Shown: positions 1-9,419 of the stretch, one piece after another
Numbering within the stretch: the stretch's first letter is position 1
Layout: each line of letters begins with the position of its first letter
NCBI GenBank assembly: GCA_045561915.1
Contig: JBJKWV010000001.1
Span: forward strand, 1,167 to 65,166
Direction: 5' to 3'
Source of the DNA: Flavobacteriaceae bacterium
GTDB taxonomy: Bacteria > Bacteroidota > Bacteroidia > Flavobacteriales > Flavobacteriaceae
Length of the DNA stretch: 64,000 nucleotides
The notes under the pieces: generated by a model
The model's input: the letters and a program-made list of their open reading frames with translations, nothing else
Told to the model about the DNA's origin: nothing
Database searches by the model: none
Translations under genes and position numbers: made by a program

Positions 1-3000
1 ACTGATGCTTGTGTACCTGCTGCTGATATTAGGGTAAGAATTGTTGTTTTCCCTAATTCTACTATAACTCTAGACGGAGGATCCAATGATAATCAAACTG
101 TTTGTAATAATACAGCTTTAACAAATATTTCATATACTCTAGTTGGAGCTTTAGATGCTACAATAGCTGGCTTACCAGACGGCCTTGTAGGAAATACACA
201 GGCACCTAATAAGTTCATTATATCAGGAACACCTAGTGTTAATATTTCTGAAACAACGTCATATACCTACACAATAACTACTACAAGTAATCCAGGTGGA
301 CCCTTAGTTGGTGCATGTGCAGAAACAACTATAACAGGTGTTGTAACCGTTAGACCTGATGAATCTTTAACAGTGACAAGTGGTGCAATTGCTCAACAAG
401 TGTGTTTTGGAGAGAATATAACCCCCATAGTAATATCTGTAGTAGGTGAAAACACCTTTGGAAGTGTTGCAAATCCTGCAACTCTTCCCGCTGGAATGAA
501 CTTTACTTTTGTTGAGGACGCTGATAATATGGGTGGTATTGTTACAATATCAGGTAGTCCTAGTGCCGCTATAGCTGGAAACAATCCATTTACTTATTCA
601 TTTGTAACTACAACTGGCGGGGTAAATACCAGTGCTTGTGCAGATGCTACACAACAAATTGATATTACAGTTGTTCCACCATCATCATTAGCTTTTTCTG
701 GACCTGACTCAGCAATTGTAAATCAAACAGTATGTGCAGGAACATTAATTAATGAAATTGAGTTCACAATGGGTGGAGGATCAAGTAATGTAAATGTTAC
801 TTTTGATGCTGGTCTTGGTTTTTCAAGAGCTGCGAATGCAAGGATAAATGATCCTTCAGATTCACCGGATAATGTCGTAATATTCGGAACAGCACCAAAT
901 GCATTAGTACAAACAACTTATAATTACGAAATCACGACAGTAAACCAATGTAATCCTGGTACAAATGAAATTTCTGTAGCAGGGACAATAACAGTAATTC
1001 CAGAGGAAACGATTACTCACAGAGGAGCTTCAGGTGCAACAACTCAAGATGTTTGTGTAAATCAAAATGTGACTCCAATGATTTTTGATATTACTGGACA
1101 AAATACTCATGCTAAGTTTGTTGATGCAAGCCTTGTTCCATCTGGAATTTCTCTAGATTTTGCTCCTGATCAAGCGACTGGAAATGGAGGAGTAGCAACA
1201 ATACTTGGTAGTCCAGACATTACAAATGCTGCCGGGGATTATACATTTCAAATAACAACTGGCGTCTCTGGAGCAGTCTCAAACACTAGTCAATGTGCTG
1301 ATCAAACCCAATCAATAACTATAACTGTAAAACCATTACCTACAATGGTATTCTCTGGTGCGGATCCAGCGGCAATGAATCAATCTGTATGTCAAGAAAC
1401 AGCAATCACTCCAATACAATTTACTTTAGGAGGAGGTGCTAATGATGTAACATTCTCATCTTCACCTGCTGGTTTAGGTTTTACAAGAGCAGCTAATGTT
1501 TCAGTAGATGGAAACTCTGTTCAGATATTTGGAAATGCACCAGTTGTCGGAGCTGAAACTACATTTACATATAGTATCAGTACAGTCAATCCAAATTCTT
1601 GTACACCTAGTGTAACACTTGGTGGTTCAATAACTGTATTCCCGCCAGTTCAATACAACAACTGGGCAGGTAATCATACGATTAATAATCCTCTCTGTAG
1701 TGATGACGGTGGATCGATTGTTGTTAATGCTGCGGCTGTTACTGGAGGTTTTGTAGCTGTAAAACAGCAGTCAACAGTTGAGCTTAACAATAGTTTTGCA
1801 GTTGGGAATATTATTACAATTAATGTAGGTCCACAACCATTTGCCTACACCGTTCAAGGTGTAGATAATGCAACTGGAAACCTATCAAATAATCCAGCTA
1901 TTTATGATAGAGCTCAAAGTAAATCTGAGATTATTACTGAAGTTGTTGGTTTAATAAATGATGCAAACTCTGGATCTACACTCGTTACAGCTATAGGAAA
2001 TTCTCCAAGTGTTGGTGTAGCAACCTTAATTGCAAAAACATCTGGAATAGGATTTACTCTTTCAGGAACAAAACAACCAGGAGCTTCTCCAGGAACAATT
2101 ACTATTGCAAATCCAGTCCCTAATCAGTCTTTAACATATGGTTATTATTGGAGACAAACCAATTCTATAGGAACTCCAGTAACAACACTTGACATAACTG
2201 ACCCAAATACTTATGTAGATACAGGATTAACACTAAATCTTAGTAGTGTTACAGGCTCAGAGTATTATATGTTAACTACAGTTTCAAATAATTGCCAAGC
2301 AGATGCACCATTTGTAACCATCACTGCTCCTGATCCCTTAGCACTTACTATTACAACTATTTGCGATACAGAAATAACTGCAAATGGAAGTGGAGGTACA
2401 GGTCAATTAACTTATATCTTATATAATTCAGGAGGAACTGAAATTGGAAGGTCACCAGCTACTTTTGGATCTCATACATTCTCCGATGGAGATGCAAATA
2501 ATATTCCCGGAGGAGGAACAGTTAATATTACCCCAGGTTTCCAATACCAAATTGGAATAAAAGATGCCAATAACTGTTCGCTAAATGGGAATGATTCTAC
2601 AGTTCAGATAAATACACCTTTAGCCCTTGTAATTGATCAAAACAAAATAACCGTTACACCTCCGGGATGTGCTGGGAATGATGGAAGTATTCAATTAGAT
2701 ACAGGTGGTTTTACAATCACAGGTGGATCAGCAGGTAACACAGGTGATTATTCAAACCTAACGTTTTTATGGACAAGAAGTGGAGGAGGAACTTTCAACA
2801 CACAAGATATTTTTGGACTAAGTCCAGCCGATTATACCTTAACGGTAACAGACAATTTATGTAACACGTTATTTATTACTTCAAACCCAATAACACTCAT
2901 TGATACTGCAGACTTTACAGTTACAAATGCTGTGGATAATTCAAGCGTTGCAAATTGTTCAGATGGAAACTTGCAGGTATCTGTAGCTGGTGGTTCAGGT

Positions 3001-6000
3001 AATTTCTCTTTTGCTTGGACAGATCAATTTGGGGTAAATAGAGGGACTACCAATAGAATAGAAAACCTTGATGCTGGAATATATACTCTCATAGTAAGAG
3101 ACACTACAACAAATTGTGAACAAACTTTCACTTATACCATTACAGGATCCTCAGGCCCTTTACAAGCTCTCAATGAAATTGCTGTAGGACAGGCTAATTT
3201 TACAACAACAGATATTCTGTGTAATGGTGCAGCTAATGGAGCATTTACTGTTGAGTTTACAGGTGGAAATCCGCCATATTCATATTCTTTGAATGGTGCA
3301 GCATATGTTGCAAATGGTTTTACGACAAGTACTTCATCAGTAACCTCAGGAGGAGCTAGTGCTACAGTGGTCAGTTTTACAACTCAAATTTTATCTCTAG
3401 ATGGGCTTGAGGGAGGAACTTATTCAGTAAAAATTAAAGACAGCGGTCTTTGTCTTGATGACTCTGGAAATATTGTAGAATTAAATTTAGGTTCAGTAAC
3501 AATTAATGAGCCCGATCCACTAAAAATTGAATTGAATGCGTCTACAACTGAACCAATTGACTGTTCAGCTGGTATTCAAGGATCATTAGGAGTAAATATT
3601 ACAGGTGGAACTGTCAGTGGAACAACTCCTTACAGTATATTGTGGGAATTATTTGGACCAAGTGGAGAAGTACTCTATAAACGAACTACTTCAGGTTCTG
3701 CTTCTGACCCTGATGACCTTACTATAACAGGACTTGATTATGCAGGAGATTATACAGTAACTGTTACAGATGGCGCTGGATGTTCTACCACCGAAGTTAT
3801 AACTTTAGATGATGGTTCCAATGAAGATCCATTCACGGTAGGGGAGACACCTGCTGTTACTCAACCAGGATGTAATTCTGAAGAACTTGGAACTATTGAG
3901 CTTAATCTTTCAGGTGGTGTTCAACCTTATAATATTAAATGGTATAAATTGTCAGTTGCACAAGACAGCGCTGTATCTTCAACCGCGTCATCATCAACTG
4001 CTTCATCATCAACCTCATCTTCAACTACAATTGAATTTTCAGATGGAGGATATGTAAGTATGAATAAAGATGGGTTTTATTTAATTGATAATTTACAACC
4101 AGGAAAATATAGAGCTATAGTAACAGATGCAACCGGATGTAAAATATTTTCTAGATCAGGTTTGATTAAGAATTCTTCATTTAATATGATCAATCAAAGG
4201 GTATATAACAGAGAGATTCTTGATTGCGAAACAGGTCTAGTAGAAGCTGACTTTTCGTTTAGACTTTCAGGTACATCTTTAGCGTATAATATTTATTTAG
4301 ATGGTAATTTAATTTATGGAGGCACCTCTGGAACTTCTTCAGGAACCTCAACTTCATCAAGTACATTCACAAATAATATTGTTAAACAAGGGAATAACTT
4401 TATTATTAGGAATCTTACAGAAGGGCGACATGTAGTTGAAGCTCAAGATGCCGCTAATACGGAATGCAGTTTAGACTACGCTTTTGATGTTGAAACATAT
4501 GTTCCAATAACTTATGAAGGTGAAACCGAATTTGAGTTTGATGTTTGTGAAAGTGGTTTTCAATTTGAATTAGATACTTCCTTTATAATAGGTGGTAATC
4601 CAATAATCGATGATAATGATAATGTTATTTATAACCTTAGATGGACTTATACACCTTCAGATCCAAATGAGCCAGGATCAAGTTTTGTGGGTAGAACCAA
4701 CTTTGTAGCAGGAAGAGGAACTTATCAGTTAATTATATCTGATGGAACATGCGCATCAGACCCAATAGATTTTGTATTTAGTGGTGATATTGATGTGTTA
4801 TCAATTGACGGTCTTTTAGTTGATGCTAGTGGAAATAATGTAAATGTCCAGGGTGTTAGTTGTGAATTAGGTGCCCAAGATGGAAGAATTTCAATACAAA
4901 TTACAGGAGGCCAAGAACCCTATAATATTTCATGGGAAATATTTGATGCTACAAGCCCCGTAATAACTCCTGTCTCTTCAACACTATCAAGTACTAGCTC
5001 TCAAATTAATTCACCATGGAAACCATTAAACGGTTCTTATCCAGGATTAGGAAATTTTGATGGATTCACAACATTAAATGAGCTTCCAGCTGGACTTTTC
5101 AGATACACAGTTAGAAGTGGAAGCACTTGTCCTAATCCAGTTGACACCCCATTCAATTATTTGAGAGATGTAATAAGTGTTGATGATGATAATACATTAG
5201 TAATTACTGATGGACCATATGTAGATCCAAAACTTTGTGAAGGCTTACCAGGCTTGTTGATTTTAGATGCTGTAAATAATAGTGACTCATCTTCGGATTT
5301 AAATTTCTTCTATATTGACACAAAGGGTACTGAAGATATAGGTGACGATGGAGTGCCTGTTGCACTTAACGGTAATACTACAAAACTAGACGAAGACACT
5401 TATCAAATATTAATTGACACCCCATTTGAATATGGTAAATTAGTTATTACAACAGATGAAGGATGTGGTGTAGAATCAGAATTTAACCTAGCACTAGGAG
5501 ACCCTTATTTTTCTTATACATCTCCTTCTTTTGAACAGGTAAATGAAATTCCAGCAAGAGAAGAAGTTACATTTATCGATGAATCAGAAGGAGAGTTTTC
5601 TAAATTAGAATGGAACTTTGGAGATAATTCAGAAATAGAAGTAATAAATATTTCAGGCACAGTATCTGGTGTAACTCAGGTTACTCATGCCTATGGAAAT
5701 TCAGGAACTTATTACCCAACACTCACTATATATAATGAAATAGGATGTTACGAGTCTGTAACTAATCCGATAACTATTGGTAGAGGTTATAGTATTTACA
5801 CTCCAAATGTATTTACACCTAATAACGATTGTTTAAATGATTACTTCAGACCACTGTTTACAGGATTTGAAAGTTTAACTTTTAATGTTTATGATAGTAG
5901 GGGGAATTTAATATATACAGAACAAGCACAAGACGGTTCAATTAATAGAAGTGAATGTCCAAATCAAATTGATTCTAGAGGAAACGGAAAGGCAATTTTA

Positions 6001-6144
6001 GGCTGGAATGGAAAAAGAGCAGACAACTCAACATTAGATGCATTTAGCCCTTACTATGTATATAGTATATCTGGAGTTCCATTAAATAGAGTAACTGACG
6101 ATCAAATAATTGAAAGAAGTGGTATATTCACTATATTAAAATGA
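1..6144 (+). CDS. SprB-like cell-surface/gliding adhesin, T9SS type-B cargo (5' end lies outside the window)
   Basis: Frame 1 has no stop from base 1 to 372, and the track start at 373 is an internal GTG, so the gene enters from upstream. It contains five ~110-aa Cys-bearing Ig-like modules (..VCxxxxIxPIxF..ISGTP..YxYxIxT..C..ItV.P). These are followed by at least 6 SprB-type repeats (CxGxxxGxIxxxxxGGxxPYxYxW, e.g. CNGAANGAFTVEFTGGNPPYSYSL) and Ser/Thr linkers. A PKD-like domain (WNFGDNS..HAYGNSGTYYPTLTIYN) and the C-terminal YTPNVFTPNNDCLNDYFRP.. follow, the latter typical of the gliding-motility/T9SS type-B sorting domain. Confidence 0.85.
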   Translation, partial: TDACVPAADIRVRIVVFPNSTITLDGGSNDNQTVCNNTALTNISYTLVGALDATIAGLPDGLVGNTQAPNKFIISGTPSVNISETTSYTYTITTTSNPGGPLVGACAETTITGVVTVRPDESLTVTSGAIAQQVCFGENITPIVISVVGENTFGSVANPATLPAGMNFTFVEDADNMGGIVTISGSPSAAIAGNNPFTYSFVTTTGGVNTSACADATQQIDITVVPPSSLAFSGPDSAIVNQTVCAGTLINEIEFTMGGGSSNVNVTFDAGLGFSRAANARINDPSDSPDNVVIFGTAPNALVQTTYNYEITTVNQCNPGTNEISVAGTITVIPEETITHRGASGATTQDVCVNQNVTPMIFDITGQNTHAKFVDASLVPSGISLDFAPDQATGNGGVATILGSPDITNAAGDYTFQITTGVSGAVSNTSQCADQTQSITITVKPLPTMVFSGADPAAMNQSVCQETAITPIQFTLGGGANDVTFSSSPAGLGFTRAANVSVDGNSVQIFGNAPVVGAETTFTYSISTVNPNSCTPSVTLGGSITVFPPVQYNNWAGNHTINNPLCSDDGGSIVVNAAAVTGGFVAVKQQSTVELNNSFAVGNIITINVGPQPFAYTVQGVDNATGNLSNNPAIYDRAQSKSEIITEVVGLINDANSGSTLVTAIGNSPSVGVATLIAKTSGIGFTLSGTKQPGASPGTITIANPVPNQSLTYGYYWRQTNSIGTPVTTLDITDPNTYVDTGLTLNLSSVTGSEYYMLTTVSNNCQADAPFVTITAPDPLALTITTICDTEITANGSGGTGQLTYILYNSGGTEIGRSPATFGSHTFSDGDANNIPGGGTVNITPGFQYQIGIKDANNCSLNGNDSTVQINTPLALVIDQNKITVTPPGCAGNDGSIQLDTGGFTITGGSAGNTGDYSNLTFLWTRSGGGTFNTQDIFGLSPADYTLTVTDNLCNTLFITSNPITLIDTADFTVTNAVDNSSVANCSDGNLQVSVAGGSGNFSFAWTDQFGVNRGTTNRIENLDAGIYTLIVRDTTTNCEQTFTYTITGSSGPLQALNEIAVGQANFTTTDILCNGAANGAFTVEFTGGNPPYSYSLNGAAYVANGFTTSTSSVTSGGASATVVSFTTQILSLDGLEGGTYSVKIKDSGLCLDDSGNIVELNLGSVTINEPDPLKIELNASTTEPIDCSAGIQGSLGVNITGGTVSGTTPYSILWELFGPSGEVLYKRTTSGSASDPDDLTITGLDYAGDYTVTVTDGAGCSTTEVITLDDGSNEDPFTVGETPAVTQPGCNSEELGTIELNLSGGVQPYNIKWYKLSVAQDSAVSSTASSSTASSSTSSSTTIEFSDGGYVSMNKDGFYLIDNLQPGKYRAIVTDATGCKIFSRSGLIKNSSFNMINQRVYNREILDCETGLVEADFSFRLSGTSLAYNIYLDGNLIYGGTSGTSSGTSTSSSTFTNNIVKQGNNFIIRNLTEGRHVVEAQDAANTECSLDYAFDVETYVPITYEGETEFEFDVCESGFQFELDTSFIIGGNPIIDDNDNVIYNLRWTYTPSDPNEPGSSFVGRTNFVAGRGTYQLIISDGTCASDPIDFVFSGDIDVLSIDGLLVDASGNNVNVQGVSCELGAQDGRISIQITGGQEPYNISWEIFDATSPVITPVSSTLSSTSSQINSPWKPLNGSYPGLGNFDGFTTLNELPAGLFRYTVRSGSTCPNPVDTPFNYLRDVISVDDDNTLVITDGPYVDPKLCEGLPGLLILDAVNNSDSSSDLNFFYIDTKGTEDIGDDGVPVALNGNTTKLDEDTYQILIDTPFEYGKLVITTDEGCGVESEFNLALGDPYFSYTSPSFEQVNEIPAREEVTFIDESEGEFSKLEWNFGDNSEIEVINISGTVSGVTQVTHAYGNSGTYYPTLTIYNEIGCYESVTNPITIGRGYSIYTPNVFTPNNDCLNDYFRPLFTGFESLTFNVYDSRGNLIYTEQAQDGSINRSECPNQIDSRGNGKAILGWNGKRADNSTLDAFSPYYVYSISGVPLNRVTDDQIIERSGIFTILK

Positions 6145-7157
6145 TGATTAAAAAAAATATTTTAATTTTTTGTTTGCTCCTGTTAAATCTGTCTTTTTCG
6201 CAGGAAATGATTTATAATTCTCAACCCAAGTTGATGCATATTTCTAATCCAAGTTATTTTGGATTAAATAGCTGGAATAGATCAGGGTTATTATATTCAA
6301 CAACTGAGATTAATCCAAATGAGACACAAAACAATAAATTTTTTTATGGGTCATATTCTTTTGATTTATTAGATTTTAGTTTAGGGCTTCAGTTTAATAA
6401 CTTTAGCGCACCAAACATAGGTTATAAGAAAAACGATTTAAACTTAAGCTATATATATAAAGTTGAATTTGGAAATGATATATGGTTTTTACCTTCTGTA
6501 AGTATTGGTTTTTCATCAAAAAATTTAAATCCATCAAATTTAATTTTTGAAGACCAAATAAATTCAATTACTGGATATATTAATCAAGAATCCATAGATC
6601 CGTTAGCTGACTTTTTCTTTGCAAAAAATTACACTAATTTGGGAGCATCATTTATACTCCACAATACAGATTTTTTAGTTGGTCTTTCATTTGAAAATTT
6701 AAATCAACCTAATATTGCGTATGATGATGATATTGAATTTTTAGTTCCAATTTCTATTGGTATGCAAGCTGCTTATGAATTTAATCTTAATCCATATGAC
6801 AGGAGGTTCTTGCCAAGATATTCTTATCTGTATTCTTACGCATCAATAAAAAGATCTAGTGAATCATTGAATGTATATTCATCTCAAGAGTTTCAATTGG
6901 GGGAATTTAGTGTTGGTATAAATCAACAATTCGGGGTTTTTGATAATTTTTCTTTTTTGAATTTGGGATTAAGTGTTGGTCTAACATATGAAAATTTTGA
7001 TTTTGGGGTTTCTTATGCTTTTGCATTCCAAGATTTAAATACTACTTATCGGTATGCTCCAAGAATTTTTGATTTATATTTGAGTTTTGATTTTAGCCCT
7101 TTTTTACGAAATAGAAGAGGGCAATATAAAAGACTACAAGTAAATAATTATTTTTAG
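6141..7157 (+). CDS. T9SS-associated outer-membrane protein, PorP/SprF family
   Basis: 338 aa with a signal peptide (LLLLNLSFSQ) and an N-terminal ..ISNPSYFGLN.. motif resembling the PorP/SprF NPAyaG box. The sequence is beta-barrel-like, rich in Y/F/G/N, and ends in an aromatic residue. Its ATGA start/stop overlap with the type-B-CTD adhesin matches the sprB-sprF arrangement. Confidence 0.7.
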   Translation: MMIKKNILIFCLLLLNLSFSQEMIYNSQPKLMHISNPSYFGLNSWNRSGLLYSTTEINPNETQNNKFFYGSYSFDLLDFSLGLQFNNFSAPNIGYKKNDLNLSYIYKVEFGNDIWFLPSVSIGFSSKNLNPSNLIFEDQINSITGYINQESIDPLADFFFAKNYTNLGASFILHNTDFLVGLSFENLNQPNIAYDDDIEFLVPISIGMQAAYEFNLNPYDRRFLPRYSYLYSYASIKRSSESLNVYSSQEFQLGEFSVGINQQFGVFDNFSFLNLGLSVGLTYENFDFGVSYAFAFQDLNTTYRYAPRIFDLYLSFDFSPFLRNRRGQYKRLQVNNYF

Positions 7158-7552
7158 TATTTAACAAAATATATACTGTCTTTCAAATAGTTTTTCCACA
7201 ATCCAGTTCTTTTATTTGACATGAAGAATCCTTCACTTATGATCTCTCCATTTTCTTTAAAATTTGTTTGATAACCTTCATCACAATTGGAATTTTTTTT
7301 TCTCATTATAAGATTATTATTTAAAAAAAAATCTTCCTTTTTTAGTACTCCTTTTTTTACAATCCCAATAGTTAATCTGTCACCTTTTTGAAGCTTATAC
7401 TTTCCAGAATATAGTTGATCATCTAAATAAAAAATACAATTAATAATAACTAATTCACTTTTTAGGACTGTTTCATTACATCCAATAATGAAAATAAATA
7501 AAAAAAGACTAATAATTATACTTCGCAACTCCTCCACTTTTAAAATATTCAA
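7154..7552 (-). CDS. MORN-repeat-variant lipoprotein (YwqK-like family)
   Basis: 132 aa with a lipobox-type signal (LFLFIFIIGC) and a C-terminal MORN-variant repeat (GEIISEGFFMSNKRTGLWKNY). The ATG at 7552 overlaps the upstream gene by 44 nt. An in-frame TTG at 7528 (MRSIIISLF..) is an alternative start. Confidence 0.55.
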   Translation of the reverse strand: MNILKVEELRSIIISLFLFIFIIGCNETVLKSELVIINCIFYLDDQLYSGKYKLQKGDRLTIGIVKKGVLKKEDFFLNNNLIMRKKNSNCDEGYQTNFKENGEIISEGFFMSNKRTGLWKNYLKDSIYFVKY

Positions 7553-7991
7553 AAAACTCTCCTATTTTTTCACCTAAATAATAATTACCACAGATATTTA
7601 AACTTCCGTCTTGATGAAATCGCTCAAAGCTTCCATTTCTTAAATCATTGAAATAAAATGTAGTTAGTTGTTCATTACCATTTTCATAAAATGAGTTAAA
7701 TGAGCCATTTTGTTTACCATTTATAAAATTAGAAACTGTTTGAGTTGTTCCATTAATATAATATTGAATTACTAATCCGTTTTTTAATCCATTTGTTATG
7801 TTCATTTCTAATTTTAAATTATTATTTGGATATTTTTCTTTAACTAACCCGTTAAAAGGTTTTGAGTTTATATAAAATAAAAGTTCCTTATTAACAAATT
7901 TCATTTCTGTCTCATTGATATCAACTTCATTAATACAACAGGAAAATATTAATAAAATCATTAGTAAAATTAAGTTTTGAAATTTCATCAC
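7509..7991 (-). CDS. MORN-repeat-variant lipoprotein (YwqK-like family)
   Basis: 160 aa with a lipobox-type signal (LLIFSCC). It carries consecutive ~23-aa repeats: NGLKNGLVIQYYINGT / NGKQNGSFNSFYENGN / DLRNGSFERFHQDGS / LGEKIGEFFEYFKSG. Confidence 0.65.
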   Translation of the reverse strand: MMKFQNLILLMILLIFSCCINEVDINETEMKFVNKELLFYINSKPFNGLVKEKYPNNNLKLEMNITNGLKNGLVIQYYINGTTQTVSNFINGKQNGSFNSFYENGNEQLTTFYFNDLRNGSFERFHQDGSLNICGNYYLGEKIGEFFEYFKSGGVAKYNY

Positions 7992-8003
7992 ATATAATTT
8001 TGA

Positions 8004-9344
8004 CTATTCCCTAAAAATCGAATTAGGAAAAAGAACAGGACTTTCAAAACCATTTTTTCCAACAGTAGATATCCCGAAGAAAAAATTATCTATTACTATA
8101 CCTTCAAGTTTGTATGAATTTACATCACCTACAAATCTTTCATATTGCCAGGTAGCACTTGTGGTATCTCTCCAATAAATTTTATATCCACTAATTTTTG
8201 GATCATCAACTTTCTCCCATTTAAATTTTGCTGAAGCCTCCACAATCCCTCCAATTGAGAAATTTTTTACAGCGGGAGGAGCCCAAGCTAGGCTAGCAAG
8301 ATTGATAGCATTAGCTGCAGTAAGTTTTTTTGCATATTCAAAATCCACACCTTCTATAACATCTCCATAGGCAATACCATTTTCCAATCGAATATCTTGG
8401 TGTTGCATGGTATAATTTTCATGAGCCTCCATAATACGAATTCCAGCGTAACCAAGATCATTAAAAGGACGATGATGGCCACCTCTGCCAAAGCGGTCTA
8501 ACCTATAAACCATCATAGGGTTCATTTCAGGCATAAATTTTTTTACATTTTTGTTGACATATCGGGCTAGTTGTCTGGATATGCCATCTACCTCGCCTCC
8601 ATAAAATCTTCTGGCTTTACGTTGGATTTCAGTCTCATTAGCAGGAACAGGTTCTGAAAAAATACGGAAGGTTCTGTTATCGATTACCCCATCTACACCT
8701 TTTATATTTCCAATCATATCGTTATTTAATATTCCAATAATCTCCCAGCCTTCTTTTTTTGCATGAGCTGCAAGTCCTTTTCCGCCAAATAATCCTTGTT
8801 CTTCTCCAGATAAACCAACATAAATAATGCTATTTTCAAAGGTATACTTTGACAAAACTCTGGCTGCTTCAATTGTTCCTGCCATACCGCTGGCATTGTC
8901 ATTGGCACCTGGAGAATTATCTCTATAATTGTTAGGATTTGAAACTCTAGAATCAATATCTCCACTCATGATAATAAATCGATTAGGATGAGAAGTACCC
9001 CTTTGGATAGCTATAACATTATTAATCCAGACTGATTTTACAATTCGTTCCCCATCTTTTGGCTCAAAATAATTTTTTTGGTAAAACACATCTAAACAAT
9101 CACCACAATCTTTAGATATATTATTAAATTCTGATTTTATCCATCTTCTGGCAGCTCCTATTCCGCGGACTTTCGAAAGGGTGTCACTTAAAGTATGACG
9201 AGTTCCAAAGTTAACTAGAGTTTTAATATCATTTTCAATACGTTTACTTGAAATATCCTCTATTATTTTATAAAGATCTTTTCTTTCTTGTGCATTGCTT
9301 AAACTTAAGAACAAGAATGAGAGGAAAATTATTGTTTTCTTCAT
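8004..9344 (-). CDS. M28-family metallo-aminopeptidase with C-terminal fibronectin-III-like domain
   Basis: 446 aa with a signal peptide. M28 metal-ligand blocks are present (GANDNASGMAG, LSGEEQGLFG, NNDMIG, GGHHRPF). The C-terminal ~90 aa is FN3-like (KFKWEKVDDPKISGYKIYWRDT..). Confidence 0.8.
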   Translation of the reverse strand: MKKTIIFLSFLFLSLSNAQERKDLYKIIEDISSKRIENDIKTLVNFGTRHTLSDTLSKVRGIGAARRWIKSEFNNISKDCGDCLDVFYQKNYFEPKDGERIVKSVWINNVIAIQRGTSHPNRFIIMSGDIDSRVSNPNNYRDNSPGANDNASGMAGTIEAARVLSKYTFENSIIYVGLSGEEQGLFGGKGLAAHAKKEGWEIIGILNNDMIGNIKGVDGVIDNRTFRIFSEPVPANETEIQRKARRFYGGEVDGISRQLARYVNKNVKKFMPEMNPMMVYRLDRFGRGGHHRPFNDLGYAGIRIMEAHENYTMQHQDIRLENGIAYGDVIEGVDFEYAKKLTAANAINLASLAWAPPAVKNFSIGGIVEASAKFKWEKVDDPKISGYKIYWRDTTSATWQYERFVGDVNSYKLEGIVIDNFFFGISTVGKNGFESPVLFPNSIFRE

Positions 9345-9368
9345 AAATCAAATTTTATTTAAAGTAAT

Positions 9369-9399
9369 AAAAAAACCGATACTAAAGCACCGGTTTTTT
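9369..9399 (-). terminator. Candidate intrinsic terminator after the acyl-CoA dehydrogenase gene
   Basis: The minus-strand RNA reads AAAAAACCGGU-GCUUUAGU-AUCGGUUUUUUU, a hairpin followed by a U-run about 20 nt after the stop at 9420. The stem is AU-rich with only 3-4 GC pairs. Confidence 0.45.
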
Positions 9400-9419
9400 A
9401 AATCACAAATTTAATTTAA

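Noticed and set aside
393-584. 63-aa antisense ORF inside the SprB-like gene. The same applies to 56097..56321, 56506..56769, 57002..57196, 59485..59739 and 59770..60063 opposite the giant adhesin.
   Set aside because: All are embedded antisense in long, well-supported genes whose Thr/Ser/Val/Gly-rich, repeat-rich coding leaves the opposite strand stop-poor by composition. None has a signal, motif or independent promoter or terminator.
8726-8965. Same-strand alternative-frame ORFs within enzymes (8726..8965, 9935..10120, 10559..10921, 11854..12042, 37024..37212, 40396..40593, 57110..57307, 62177..62374)
   Set aside because: They lie fully inside genes with strong family signatures and have low-complexity, Leu/Ile/Gln-rich translations typical of off-frame AT-rich sequence.
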